NCBI GenBank assembly: GCA_963740085.1
Contig: CAVUCU010000005.1
Coordinates: 352,001-416,000 of the forward strand
Reading direction: 5' to 3'
Source: Nitrospirota bacterium
GTDB taxonomy: Bacteria > Nitrospirota > UBA9217
Length of the DNA: 64,000 nt
The translations under genes were made by a program, and so were the position numbers. The notes under the pieces are model-generated. The model searched no databases. It was not told the DNA's origin and saw nothing but the letters and a program-made list of their open reading frames with translations. Numbering within the stretch: position 1 is the first letter of the stretch; the number at the start of each line of letters is the position of its first letter. Positions 10,157-19,652 of the stretch are shown here, piece after piece.

Positions 10157-11190
10157 GGCGAGGTCTCCCGCACTTCCATTCCTTCCTGAAGTTCGTAGTT
10201 GCCCAGCACGACAACCCGGTCCTGTTTCCCGAATGATCCGGAAATGCCGATGAGGCCCTTGTTTTCCACGTTGGTATGCACATCGATACGATGGGCGCGT
10301 CCGTTTCTGACTACAAAAATATACGGTCCCTTACCATCCGAGAGAACCGCCTGCCGTGGGACGGCGAATCCTTGACGGCTGTTCAGCGTGATGAGCCCCT
10401 GTATTCGAGTTCCCGGTATCAAATGGAAAACCTGTCCGGGTTTAAGTTTAACAAGAAGGTCGACAAGCCCTGTCTGCGGATTGATCATCCCATTGACGGT
10501 GTTGACAACGCCTGACACGCTCTGTGTTCTGTCGAATACCGGCACCAGTTTCACCGGCATGCCGCGTCTTACCTTGCGGGCGTCTTCCGGTTCGATTCCC
10601 AGCACAATGCGCGGGTGATCAATCCGCGACAGCTGCATCGCCGGAGCGCCTGCCTGAATTCGCTCTCCCTGGCCTATCTGCACCACGCTTACAATTCCGT
10701 CAAAAGGCGACCGGATTATTTCGCTTGGGGTCCCTGTTCCCAGCTTCTCCTGGGCTGCTAGCGATGCCTCTGCATCGTGCAAGGCCTTTTGAGCGTTCGC
10801 CAGCTGTGACCTGGTCGCAAGCTGTTGTGCCAGCAGGTTTTGCACTCGGTCCAGTTCACCCCTTGCCAGGTCCGCGGCTGACCGCGCCTGCTCATAATTG
10901 ACGCTATCCTGAGGGCTGGTTTCCATTTGCAGGAGGGGTGTGCCTTTTTTTACCTCCTCTCCCTGGGCGACCAGAAGCCGCGTCACCCGCCCTGCACGGG
11001 GGAAATTAATGCTTTCGGTGTTGAGAGGATCGACGCTCACGATCCCATAGCTGGAGATCGTTTCCGCAAGCGCCTGCTGAGTGAGGGGTCGTGTTTTAAC
11101 CAGCGCACTTGCAGTGTCCGCTGATATCGCGTAATCTGTGGCTCCGAACATGATCAGCAAAACCGCGCACAGGAGAAAGCTCTTTCTCAT
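10153..11190 (-). CDS. RND periplasmic adaptor (membrane fusion protein)
   Basis: Signal peptide, GEEVKKGTPLL lipoyl half-motif, IRSPFDGIV and VPRQAV. Confidence 0.9.
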   Translation of the reverse strand: MRKSFLLCAVLLIMFGATDYAISADTASALVKTRPLTQQALAETISSYGIVSVDPLNTESINFPRAGRVTRLLVAQGEEVKKGTPLLQMETSPQDSVNYEQARSAADLARGELDRVQNLLAQQLATRSQLANAQKALHDAEASLAAQEKLGTGTPSEIIRSPFDGIVSVVQIGQGERIQAGAPAMQLSRIDHPRIVLGIEPEDARKVRRGMPVKLVPVFDRTQSVSGVVNTVNGMINPQTGLVDLLVKLKPGQVFHLIPGTRIQGLITLNSRQGFAVPRQAVLSDGKGPYIFVVRNGRAHRIDVHTNVENKGLIGISGSFGKQDRVVVLGNYELQEGMEVRETSP

Positions 11191-11191
11191 A

Positions 11192-12574
11192 TTATTTCCC
11201 TTGCTCATCAAGATGAATGTTGGCCGACACAATCTGTCCGGGCAGGCCGCTGCCGAGCAATGTCTGCAAGGCAATGCGTTGTTCTAGCATGGTTTGTTCG
11301 AGGGTAATTGCTTCAATGCGTTTCTTCAGCAAGGCGGCCTGCAGATCAGTATAGGTGGTGATGCTCAGATTTCCGGCATCGAGGGCCGCTTTTGCTCGCT
11401 CCGCAATACCCTCCATCTCCGGGAGAACGCTCTTCACCTCCTGGTATTGCCGGCTCACCAGGCGCCATTGCGAGAGTAGATTCTTAACCTGAGAGAAGGC
11501 CTCGTTGAGGCGGGCCTGGTATTCGTCATACAACCGCTCTCGGGTAGCCTTTTCAATAGCGATAGGACCCTGGTTGCGGTTGAATATCGGCAAGCTTAAC
11601 GTAATGCCGATGCCTGAGGTATAAATTCCGCTGGTGTCACGGGCACGGGTCAGCCCGATGTTAAGCGCGGGGAATTGCGACAGGACAGCCGCGCGAAACA
11701 GTTCTTCCTGGCTTTTGTAGCCGGCTTGCAGTGCCGCCAAATCCGGGCGGCGGTCCGGCAACTGTGCGACAGCGGTTTCGATCCTGGCCGGGTCCGGTTC
11801 GGGAACGTCAACGTTCCCCACAAGATCGAGCCTGACTTCAGGCGACAGATCCAGCAAGGCATTGAGATCGTGCCGGGTTTTACTGCTCTGCCGCTCAAGA
11901 TCGTTGATGCTCGCGTTTGCGTCCTGCAATGCCGTCATGTCGGCGCTCACCGCATCGATCGTCAGATTGCCTTCTTGCAGGGCCCGGCGCGCACGCTGGT
12001 ATCGAGTGTCGATAAGATCACGATAGGATTGCAGCTCCCGCATGAGTTTCTCCTGTTCAATGCTGTAAACGAACAACAGGCGTGCCTGCTGCACGACCTT
12101 CCATTCCTGCCACAGGACGGTCATATCCATTTTAAGGCTGTTTGCACGTGCCGCATTGACAGCTGCGTTATGGGTGAGGAGCGCGCCGATATCATAGCTC
12201 AAACCCATGTTGAATGCATTCATGGTGCCCGGTCCGCCGTTGGTGGGATGGTCCACTCCCGCAGCCAGCTGGGGATTGGGCAGGACCCCCGCCGCCATCA
12301 ACTGTGCTTGTGCTATACGTCCTTCATTCCGCACGATCTTCAGCTCGGGATTGTTTACTACGGCCAACATCGCCACTTCCGTCATATCAAGCCCGTCGTC
12401 TGGATTGAACGGGTGATCTGCCAGTTCCGGCAAAGGCATTTGACCCGCATGAACGATCAAATGGGGCACTTCGTTCAACAAGGTAGGCCTGGTATTCAGC
12501 GGCCTGGCCTGATAGGAGGCGCATGAGGACAACACGAAGAAAAACAAACACAGGCAAAGAGAGCGTGTCAGCAC
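11192..12574 (-). CDS. TolC-family outer membrane efflux lipoprotein
   Basis: Lipobox LSSC, NNPEL, RRPDL and LSLPIFNRNQG repeats. Confidence 0.9.
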   Translation of the reverse strand: MLTRSLCLCLFFFVLSSCASYQARPLNTRPTLLNEVPHLIVHAGQMPLPELADHPFNPDDGLDMTEVAMLAVVNNPELKIVRNEGRIAQAQLMAAGVLPNPQLAAGVDHPTNGGPGTMNAFNMGLSYDIGALLTHNAAVNAARANSLKMDMTVLWQEWKVVQQARLLFVYSIEQEKLMRELQSYRDLIDTRYQRARRALQEGNLTIDAVSADMTALQDANASINDLERQSSKTRHDLNALLDLSPEVRLDLVGNVDVPEPDPARIETAVAQLPDRRPDLAALQAGYKSQEELFRAAVLSQFPALNIGLTRARDTSGIYTSGIGITLSLPIFNRNQGPIAIEKATRERLYDEYQARLNEAFSQVKNLLSQWRLVSRQYQEVKSVLPEMEGIAERAKAALDAGNLSITTYTDLQAALLKKRIEAITLEQTMLEQRIALQTLLGSGLPGQIVSANIHLDEQGK

Positions 12575-12786
12575 GGTTTATTGATTCCCCTTCTCCGCTT
12601 GATAGTGATGAACAGAAAAACAATTCCGATGAGAATGGGTTCTCCAAGCGCTATTGGCAGCACATTATTCGGATTGAGCCAGATCACCCCTTGGATCTCC
12701 AGATCTGACATCGTGCTGCTTACCAATCCATCCAGCGCCGTATGCCCGTCATAATTTTTTATCAGATTATCTGCATTTATGATCAT
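12568..12786 (-). pseudogene. Probable deletion remnant joining an ABC ATPase N-terminus to a membrane-protein C-terminus
   Basis: MIINADNLIKNYDGHTALDGL resembles an ABC ATPase start but has no Walker A. It ends with one TM helix followed by KRRR. Confidence 0.5.
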
Positions 12787-12871
12787 GGCTGCCTTCTTTC
12801 TTTATCCAAATAATGCAATTAACCGTATACGCAATCTGTACCCATATTTACTAGTATAACAAAATGATGGT

Positions 12872-12902
12872 AAAAGAGAGGGACGGGGGAAACCCCCGCC
12901 CC
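12872..12902 (-). terminator. Intrinsic terminator downstream of the PepSY gene
   Basis: GGGGCGGGGG-TTT-CCCCCGTCCC followed by TCTCTTTT on the minus strand. Confidence 0.7.
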
Positions 12903-13003
12903 AATTGTTATTACCTTGCTCTTTCGTCTTCATGGCCGTTGTCCGAGTCTTCTCCTTCGCCGTCTTCATGGTCTTTTGGGTCGGTCTCGACCTTGAGAAC
13001 CGG

Positions 13004-13351
13004 TTAGTCAGGGTGGGGACCTTCCAGTGAATTTTCCAGAACAGCCCCTGTCGCCGCGTCCACTCCCACCTCGCGGGTGATTCCGTCCTTGCGGATATCA
13101 AAAGAATACCGCAGGCCGCTGCCGCCGCTCTCCTTTTCCAGTTCCTCGGCGACAATGACACCGGCACAGGCCTTTTGGGCAATGCGGCGAGCGTCGTCAA
13201 GGCTGATCTTTGCGTCCTTGGCGTATTGTCTGCCGTTGAAGTCATGGGCGGCCGTTGCCGTTCCCTGCTTTGACTGCCGTGCTGCGACTCCTCCGACGGC
13301 GATAAGGGCGGTTAGGACAATGCCAATAATGACGGTCATCATCTTTTTCAT
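13004..13351 (-). CDS. Periplasmic PepSY-domain protein
   Basis: AGGAGG RBS, signal peptide, AKISLDDARRIA...ELEKE...YSFDI...VDAATGAVL. Confidence 0.88.
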   Translation of the reverse strand: MKKMMTVIIGIVLTALIAVGGVAARQSKQGTATAAHDFNGRQYAKDAKISLDDARRIAQKACAGVIVAEELEKESGGSGLRYSFDIRKDGITREVGVDAATGAVLENSLEGPHPD

Positions 13352-13413
13352 GGTAGTCACCTCCTTTCGTGTAATAGCGTAAGTAAGCTTCATTTGATTT
13401 CAGCTTATGAAAC

Positions 13414-13445
13414 ATTATAAGAAAGGAAGATTACGGGAAGATGAA
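13414..13445 (-). promoter_or_regulatory. Candidate promoter with an 11-bp-spaced direct repeat (OmpR-family box) and TATAAT
   Basis: Minus strand reads TTCATCTTCC-C-GTAATCTTCC-TTTCT-TATAAT upstream of PepSY. Confidence 0.5.
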
Positions 13446-13757
13446 CGCGGCGGGCTTTAATAATGAGCAATCAAAGTTGAAGTTATTCAGCTTGCAACGG
13501 GAAGAGGCTGTCTTGTTCCCAAAAGAAGGACGATCCCGGGTGCCTTTCATCCCACAGACAATTCCGCGAAGAAACACGACACGTTACTGAGATTGTGACC
13601 TCTGTCGTTCTTACTATGCCAACCAGCACGTGTGTTCTTTGTTGTAAGAACGTTTTAGTGACCAGGTTGTCCGGGTTACCTGCAACCGTTAGAATCTTTG
13701 CGCCTCTTTTGACAATGAACGCTTGTTCATTTCAAGCCTACCCATTCCCTGTAGGCC

Positions 13758-14216
13758 TTACGCTGCCACCTTCACCACGATCTTCATGACTGGTGATGAT
13801 GTACTTCCTGCCAGTTTCGGCGCATGCCCGTCTTCCGGCCAGAACACTGCAAGTTGACCTGCCTGCAAATGAGCTGGCGTCCATGTTCCCTTTACTACAG
13901 TTCCGAAGCAGATGTCCTTGCCTGCATCATAGGCCTCAGTGACCGTCATCAGTTCCATCGGCACACATCCGATGACCTCTTCCCCCGAAACGATGAACTG
14001 GACGTCGATGTACTTCCGGTGGTATTCGAACTTCGGCGCGTCGGTAATCATTGTCTCATACCGCTGTACCAGGGCAAACACATGATCCCTCTCGATCTCC
14101 ACCCTGCCATCGGGCAGGCTGTGAAGATGACGCCTGCGCAAAAAAGTAAGGGCCTTCTGCAATCCAGGTGTAAGGGCGATCTGATGATCAATGTGATCGA
14201 GATCTGAGATGAGCAT
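13758..14216 (-). CDS. YhcH/YjgK/YiaL (DUF386) family protein
   Basis: FEYHRKYIDVQFIVSGEE and FWPEDGHAP...KIVVKV motifs. Confidence 0.9.
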   Translation of the reverse strand: MLISDLDHIDHQIALTPGLQKALTFLRRRHLHSLPDGRVEIERDHVFALVQRYETMITDAPKFEYHRKYIDVQFIVSGEEVIGCVPMELMTVTEAYDAGKDICFGTVVKGTWTPAHLQAGQLAVFWPEDGHAPKLAGSTSSPVMKIVVKVAA

Positions 14217-14269
14217 GATGTTCTCCTGACAAGATGGAACGAACTGGCACTGATAAATTGGTGAGTACT

Positions 14270-14406
14270 CAGGTAGAGAGACTGAAGGTGTAAGGTTTAT
14301 AGGAGCAAATCGTGCGCGATCTTACCAAAACATCGGACATTTGAGATGATTTGAAATAACTGATGATCGATATATGCCAACCTTCAGTCTTCAGTCTAAA
14401 TACCTG
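14270..14406. repeat. Intergenic imperfect palindrome, 7-bp (GACTGAA) arms
   Basis: Left arm CAGGTAGAGAGACTGAAGGTGTAAGGTT; reverse complement of right arm CAGGTATTTAGACTGAAGACTGAAGGTT. Confidence 0.75.
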
Positions 14407-14440
14407 GATTGCGAGCTTAGCTCCATCCCCCTGCGGTTGT

Positions 14441-14995
14441 TCATCTCTTCTTAACAGGTGCCTTATTCCCCTTGCGCAATATCAAGCCGATATACTTGTT
14501 GATCGGGTTTGAACGGTCAAGGAACGGCACGGGGGCTTTTTTCCTTGACCCCAGGGCCCGCAATTCCAACTGAATATCACGGTTGCTGCTGTCATACTTC
14601 AGCCCTTTTTCAAAAGTTTCAAGCGCGTCTTTTTTCCTGCCTGCGGCAATGTACGCCCTTCCGAGATTAAGTAAAAATGCCGGGTAGAGCATATCCTCGC
14701 CAAACGATGACTCCTTTTTTAACAGGGAAATGGCCTGCTTGCATTTATCAACACCGGAACGGTACTTTTTGTCCACCAGGGCCTGAAGACAACCATAATA
14801 GGAGAGGATGAAAGGATCGTCGGGATACTCCACGGAGGCCTGCTGCAGGAGACTGAAGGCCTCCTTCTGGTCTCCCTTCCGGAGATGTGCCTTCACTTGC
14901 CGCAGATACTCACCGGGCCTTATTCCACCGCCACCGCCGGGCATCGCGGACCCGCTTACATTCACTGCTTTTATCGAATCGTCCGTTTCATTCAT
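14441..14995 (-). CDS. Tetratricopeptide-repeat protein
   Basis: TPR-like helices (LLNLGRAYIAAGRKKDALETFEKGLKYD) and a C-terminal PVPFLDRSNPINKYIG motif. Confidence 0.75.
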   Translation of the reverse strand: MNETDDSIKAVNVSGSAMPGGGGGIRPGEYLRQVKAHLRKGDQKEAFSLLQQASVEYPDDPFILSYYGCLQALVDKKYRSGVDKCKQAISLLKKESSFGEDMLYPAFLLNLGRAYIAAGRKKDALETFEKGLKYDSSNRDIQLELRALGSRKKAPVPFLDRSNPINKYIGLILRKGNKAPVKKR

Positions 14996-15083
14996 GCTTG
15001 TATTTTATCATATCCGCGGACGAAGCGAATGTGATTGTTATCACACCGGATAAACAGGATGGAAAGGTGATCCATCAATTGCC

Positions 15084-15719
15084 TTATGCGCCGGATCTCT
15101 TCATCAGGAGCATCTTCGCGAATTTTTCACGACTGATAATTCCTTCGTCAATCAGGAGATCGATCAACGCTTCAAGTCGTAATTCCCTCTCACGCTGCTC
15201 CTGCTGCCAGCTTTCCGCCATTTCTTTGGGACGAATAATTTCCAATTTTCCGAAATTTGATTTCTTACTTGGTTTCCGATCAACCGCCTCGCCATCGTAA
15301 TATTTACGGATCGCATCTTTAATCTCGGATTCCAGTGCAAGAACCGGAGAGATTTTCAGGCTGGTGATAAATTGAAGCTCACTTATCGCGTCAAGATCAA
15401 AGGGGTCGGCCATAGCTACATATAAGGTATTCTCACGCAACCTGGTCGGAACAACCTCATACTTCTTAACCAATTTAGGCGAAAGCAGCTTTATTTGTTT
15501 ATCCACAAGGGGAGGATCAAATAAGTTGACATAGGGGATTCTGATATATTTCGAGATGGCTTCAGCTAATTCCACTTCGTTTACGAACCCCAGCTCAATG
15601 AGATTGTGTCCAAGCTTCCCCCCCCAGGTCTTCTGGCGAACCAGTGCTGCATCCAGCTGCATTTGATCTATGAGACCGGTTTCTATCAGTATTTCACCAA
15701 GTTTTTTAACCATAAACAC
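15084..15719 (-). CDS. Stand-alone MshEN/T2SSE_N (GspE/PilB N-terminal) domain protein
   Basis: KLGEILIETGLIDQMQLDAALVRQ, KLGHNLIELGFV and LYVAMADP; no ATPase domain. Confidence 0.82.
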   Translation of the reverse strand: MFMVKKLGEILIETGLIDQMQLDAALVRQKTWGGKLGHNLIELGFVNEVELAEAISKYIRIPYVNLFDPPLVDKQIKLLSPKLVKKYEVVPTRLRENTLYVAMADPFDLDAISELQFITSLKISPVLALESEIKDAIRKYYDGEAVDRKPSKKSNFGKLEIIRPKEMAESWQQEQRERELRLEALIDLLIDEGIISREKFAKMLLMKRSGA

Positions 15720-15800
15720 GTCCTCCCGCCTGTTGGCAAAAAATTAAAGCAATGATCTGCATTCAACTTCCGCTGATAAAATAACGTTTCGATGCAGTAG

Positions 15801-15829
15801 ATTATAGTCCTTCGTGAAGTTATTGGCAA
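15801..15829 (-). promoter_or_regulatory. Sigma70-type promoter
   Basis: TTGCCA-N17-TATAAT on the minus strand upstream of the MshEN gene. Confidence 0.65.
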
Positions 15830-15924
15830 GGAGCTTTCAGTTGATCATGATCAGAGAAGAAGCAAAATTCTGTGATCTCTGTGCTCTGTACGGCCAAATG
15901 TTTTTCCCGGAATGATTTTTTCCT

Positions 15925-18495
15925 TCACATCCGCCGCGGTTTCGCGCGCTTTGTCGGAGCGGCGTTCCAGGGGTCATCCGGCCAGGGGTGCCTGGGGTAG
16001 CGGCCCTTCAGGTCCTTTTTCACAAGCGGGTACCCCGTGTTCCAGAACCCCCTCAGGTCCCGGGTGATCTGGACCGGCCTGCCCGCGGGAGAAAGAAGAT
16101 GCAGCAGGACCTTGACGCGTCCGCTTGCTATCGTCGGGGTGTCCGCGAGCCCGAACATCTCCTGGAGCTTGACGGCGAGTATAGGCTGATCACCGGAAGA
16201 ATAATCGAGCGCCACCCGGCTGCCACTCGGCACCGTGATCGCCAGCGGCGCGCGTTCGTCGAGGAGCCGCCCCTGTTCCCGGGAAAGTTTCGCTTTGAGC
16301 GCCCGCAGCACGTTCAACCCCCGCAGCCCCTGCGCACTGCCAATATTCCCGAGCCAGGGAAGAAGCCATTCTTTCGGGTCGGCAAGAAGGTGCTCATCGG
16401 AAAGGTCGGGCCAGGTCTCTTCTGGAAAGACCTTCTTCATGAGGCCTGTTCTGGCCTGAAGCTGCCTTGCCTCTTTACCGAAGTTCAGCAGCCCCGGATT
16501 CGCGCGCACCTCATCGCACAGGATCGGCGCCGCCTCTTCATCAGCGGGCGTGAAGGGCCGGGCTGAAAGGAGCAGCGTCCCCAGCCGCTCTTCTTCCGCG
16601 GCCGCGATCCTGCCCTCCTTCCGATCCCATTCCACCCTCCTGACCGTTTCGATATTCCCCGCGCATTCGCTCCGGATAAGTTCCTCGGTGACCGGCGCGG
16701 CCATGTGGATAAAACCTTCCGTCTTCTCGCCTGCATCGACGTTAACGGCGATGAGGTAAGAGCTGCTTACGAGATGACTGTCCAAAGAGAGGCGCACGCC
16801 CCTTCCCGGGACAAGGACGTAACTGCGACTGCCTTCTTCGCGGCGCTTGCAGATCCTGTCCGGATATGCTGCGAGTAACAGCCGGGCGATAGCATCATGA
16901 TCAACGTTCTTTTCAGTTGGAGCGCCCTTGGACAGTCCTTCTTGAATTTTGATGTTGGTTTCTTGAGAAATTGAACCGGACATCAGGCGCCGGAGTTGCT
17001 GCGAGGTCCGTTCCACGGCCCGGAGCGCCCAGTGATCAGTTGCCCCGCCTGCCTCCGTTCCCTTTCGTCCCCTGCGCAGCGCGTCGATCCTCTCCGAAAT
17101 ATCAGGCTCATTGAGCCTGCGGTCCGCTGCGCCGTGACGGAATATCTCCCGTTCCGACAGGATGGCCGCAAGGTCCGCGCCCAGGCGCGCACACCCCAGT
17201 TCCTCCGACCTCATCATGAGACGTGAAAGCCTTGGATGGAGGGGAAAGCGGGCCATTGCCCTGCCAAGCGAGGTGATCGAAGACGAGGCGTCGAGGGCGC
17301 CAAGGTCCTGAAGCAGCTGCACGCCTGTTGCCCATGCCGCGGCAGGCGGGTCATCGAGCCATGAGAGCGCGTGCGGGTTTTTCACTCCCCATGCCGCCAG
17401 TTCAAGAGCAAGCGGGGAAAGGTCGGATACGAGGATCTCGGGTTGCGTATAGGGCAGCATGCCGTGAAGGTCATGCTTGCTGTAGAGACGATAGCACACA
17501 CCCGGTCCGAGCCGTCCCGCCCTGCCCCTTCGCTGTTCTGCTGATGCCTTCGAGACTGGGACGGTCACCAGCCGGTTCATTCCCGTCGCGGGATCGTACC
17601 TGAGCATGCGGGTCAGGCCGCTGTCGATGACCACGTGCATGCCCTCGATGGTGAGGCTCGTCTCGGCGATGTTCGTGGCGAGCACGATCTTCCGCTGGTC
17701 CTTTGACGGGAGAAGGGCGCGCTCCTGTTCCTCGAACGGCAAGTCTCCATACAGCGGATGCAGCGCAATGCGGTCTTCGCTCATGTTCAGTGATGCACGA
17801 AGCTGCCGGTCGCATGCGCGGATCTCGCCGGAGCCGGGAAGGAACACGAGGATATCGCCATACGTGTCATTCAAGGCGGTCTTTATCACCGAGGCGACGC
17901 GGAGGGGAAGAGGACCGGAAGTGTCTTCGACGTACCGCTCTTCCACGGGAAAGGCCTTGCCGCTCGAGGTGATCACCGGCGCGTTGCCGAGCAGGGCAGC
18001 GATGGGAGCGCACTCCATGGTAGCGGACATGACCAGGATCTTCAGGTCCTCGCGAAGTTGTTTACGGATATCGAGGCAGAGCGCGAGGGCAAGGTCCGCG
18101 TGGATGCTCCGCTCATGGAATTCGTCGAAGATGACCATGGCGACGCCCTGGAGACCCGGGTCGGCCTGGATGCGGCGCGCGAGGATGCCTTCGGTCACGA
18201 CCTCGATCCGGGTCCTTTCCGATCTCTTCGCGTCGAAGCGTATGGAATAGCCCACGGTCTCGCCCGCTTGCTCGCCAAGCGTTTTCGCCATCCAGCGCGC
18301 GGCCGAGACGGCGGCGATCCTGCGCGGTTCGAGCATGATGATCCGGCCCTGATCAGCCGGCAATACGTCAAGAAGGGCGAGCGGGACGCGCGTGGTCTTG
18401 CCGGCCCCCGGCGGCGCGTGCAGAACGATTGACGGATTATTGAGGACCGCCTGGTTCAGCTTCGGAAGGATCGTATCGATGGGATAGGAAGTCAT
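15925..18495 (-). CDS. hrpB: ATP-dependent RNA helicase HrpB
   Basis: APPGAGKTT, DEFHER, MSAT, LATNIAETSLTI, QRRGRAGR and C-terminal GRYPRHPWPDDP. Confidence 0.97.
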   Translation of the reverse strand: MTSYPIDTILPKLNQAVLNNPSIVLHAPPGAGKTTRVPLALLDVLPADQGRIIMLEPRRIAAVSAARWMAKTLGEQAGETVGYSIRFDAKRSERTRIEVVTEGILARRIQADPGLQGVAMVIFDEFHERSIHADLALALCLDIRKQLREDLKILVMSATMECAPIAALLGNAPVITSSGKAFPVEERYVEDTSGPLPLRVASVIKTALNDTYGDILVFLPGSGEIRACDRQLRASLNMSEDRIALHPLYGDLPFEEQERALLPSKDQRKIVLATNIAETSLTIEGMHVVIDSGLTRMLRYDPATGMNRLVTVPVSKASAEQRRGRAGRLGPGVCYRLYSKHDLHGMLPYTQPEILVSDLSPLALELAAWGVKNPHALSWLDDPPAAAWATGVQLLQDLGALDASSSITSLGRAMARFPLHPRLSRLMMRSEELGCARLGADLAAILSEREIFRHGAADRRLNEPDISERIDALRRGRKGTEAGGATDHWALRAVERTSQQLRRLMSGSISQETNIKIQEGLSKGAPTEKNVDHDAIARLLLAAYPDRICKRREEGSRSYVLVPGRGVRLSLDSHLVSSSYLIAVNVDAGEKTEGFIHMAAPVTEELIRSECAGNIETVRRVEWDRKEGRIAAAEEERLGTLLLSARPFTPADEEAAPILCDEVRANPGLLNFGKEARQLQARTGLMKKVFPEETWPDLSDEHLLADPKEWLLPWLGNIGSAQGLRGLNVLRALKAKLSREQGRLLDERAPLAITVPSGSRVALDYSSGDQPILAVKLQEMFGLADTPTIASGRVKVLLHLLSPAGRPVQITRDLRGFWNTGYPLVKKDLKGRYPRHPWPDDPWNAAPTKRAKPRRM

Positions 18496-18533
18496 GACAA
18501 GCCTTCAGCCCCTGCTCAGGACCTTACAACCTT

Positions 18534-18631
18534 TCAGGAGAAAGGGGAAAACGGGAGAAATGGAGAAAAAATATATTTTCTATTTATTTCATTCATCCCC
18601 CTTTCGCCTCTCAATTCTCCGTTTCTCCTGA
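18534..18631. repeat. Intergenic imperfect palindrome, ~8-bp (GGAGAAAN) arms
   Basis: Left arm TCAGGAGAAAGGGGAAAACGGGAGAAATGGAGAA; reverse complement of right arm TCAGGAGAAACGGAGAATTGAGAGG; AT-rich loop. Confidence 0.75.
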
Positions 18632-18638
18632 GAGCTTT

Positions 18639-19481
18639 TTACTGAATCACGAGGTTGTCGATCAGTCTCGTGCTTCCGATCCGAACGGCGACCAGCAGAA
18701 CCATGCTGTCTTTGGCAGATGCAAGGGGCATGAGGTTCTCCGGGTCGGCGACCTCTACGTAATCGATCTCAATGCCCGGGACCTCGCGCAGGACCGCGAG
18801 CATCTTGTTCTTGAGCTTTTCCGGTTCCTTGCCCCCTGCTTTCGCCATCTGCTCTGCCGAGGACAGGGCGCGATGGATGACCGCGGCCTTTCGACGGTCA
18901 TCGACGCTCAGATAGCTGTTCCGCGAGCTCATGGCAAGGCCATCCGGCTCGCGCACCGTGGGAAGCACCACGATGTCTACATCCATGTCCAGGCCTTGGG
19001 CCATCCGCCTGATGACCGCGCACTGCTGATAGTCCTTCTGGCCGAAGAATGCCTTGTGCGGCTTCACGATATTGAAAAGCTTTGCCACCACCGTGGCCAC
19101 GCCGCGGAAATGTCCGGGCCTTACCGCGCCTTCCAGAACATCGGACAGCCCCTCCACCGTGACGAAGACGGACGGCGCATCAGGGTACATTCCGGAGGTT
19201 TTGGGCATGAACAGGACATCGACTCCCGCGGCTTCACACTGTGAGCGGTCCCCTGCCTCATCGCGCGGATAGCGGTCCAGGTCCTCGTTCAATCCAAACT
19301 GGGTGGGGTTCACGAAGATGCTCACGACGACGAGATCGCACTCCTGCCGCGCGCGCCGCATGAGCGACAGATGGCCTTCATGCAGAAATCCCATGGTGGG
19401 AACGAAACCGATCGTCCTGCCTTCACTGCGAACGGAATCGGCAAGGGACTGCATATCGGATATGGCGGTGATGATCTTCAT
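18639..19481 (-). CDS. panC: Pantoate--beta-alanine ligase
   Basis: FVPTMGFLHEGH, RPGHFRGV, FGQKDYQQ, GLAMSSRN and RLIDN. Confidence 0.97.
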   Translation of the reverse strand: MKIITAISDMQSLADSVRSEGRTIGFVPTMGFLHEGHLSLMRRARQECDLVVVSIFVNPTQFGLNEDLDRYPRDEAGDRSQCEAAGVDVLFMPKTSGMYPDAPSVFVTVEGLSDVLEGAVRPGHFRGVATVVAKLFNIVKPHKAFFGQKDYQQCAVIRRMAQGLDMDVDIVVLPTVREPDGLAMSSRNSYLSVDDRRKAAVIHRALSSAEQMAKAGGKEPEKLKNKMLAVLREVPGIEIDYVEVADPENLMPLASAKDSMVLLVAVRIGSTRLIDNLVIQ

Positions 19482-19518
19482 AGAATTGAGGATGAGACAA
19501 CCGTTAAAATCAACAGCC

Positions 19519-19613
19519 ACCGCGGAGGCACTGAGACACGGAGAACATCGAAAATAGGGGACACATCCCTTTATCTTCTCGATCCTCCTCCGTGGCCTCC
19601 GTGTCTCCGTGGT
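19519..19613. repeat. Intergenic imperfect palindrome, CACGGAG-based arms (8-9 bp period)
   Basis: Left arm ACCGCGGAGGCACTGAGACACGGAG; reverse complement of right arm ACCACGGAGACACGGAGGCCACGGAG. Confidence 0.8.
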
Positions 19614-19652
19614 AAAAAAATCTTTACGGTTTTATCTCATGGGTATGGCAGG

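Noticed and set aside
15720-15800. c-di-GMP riboswitch in the MshEN gene leader
   Set aside because: Only a short CTGCAT/ATGCAG stem; the GEMM consensus elements are absent.
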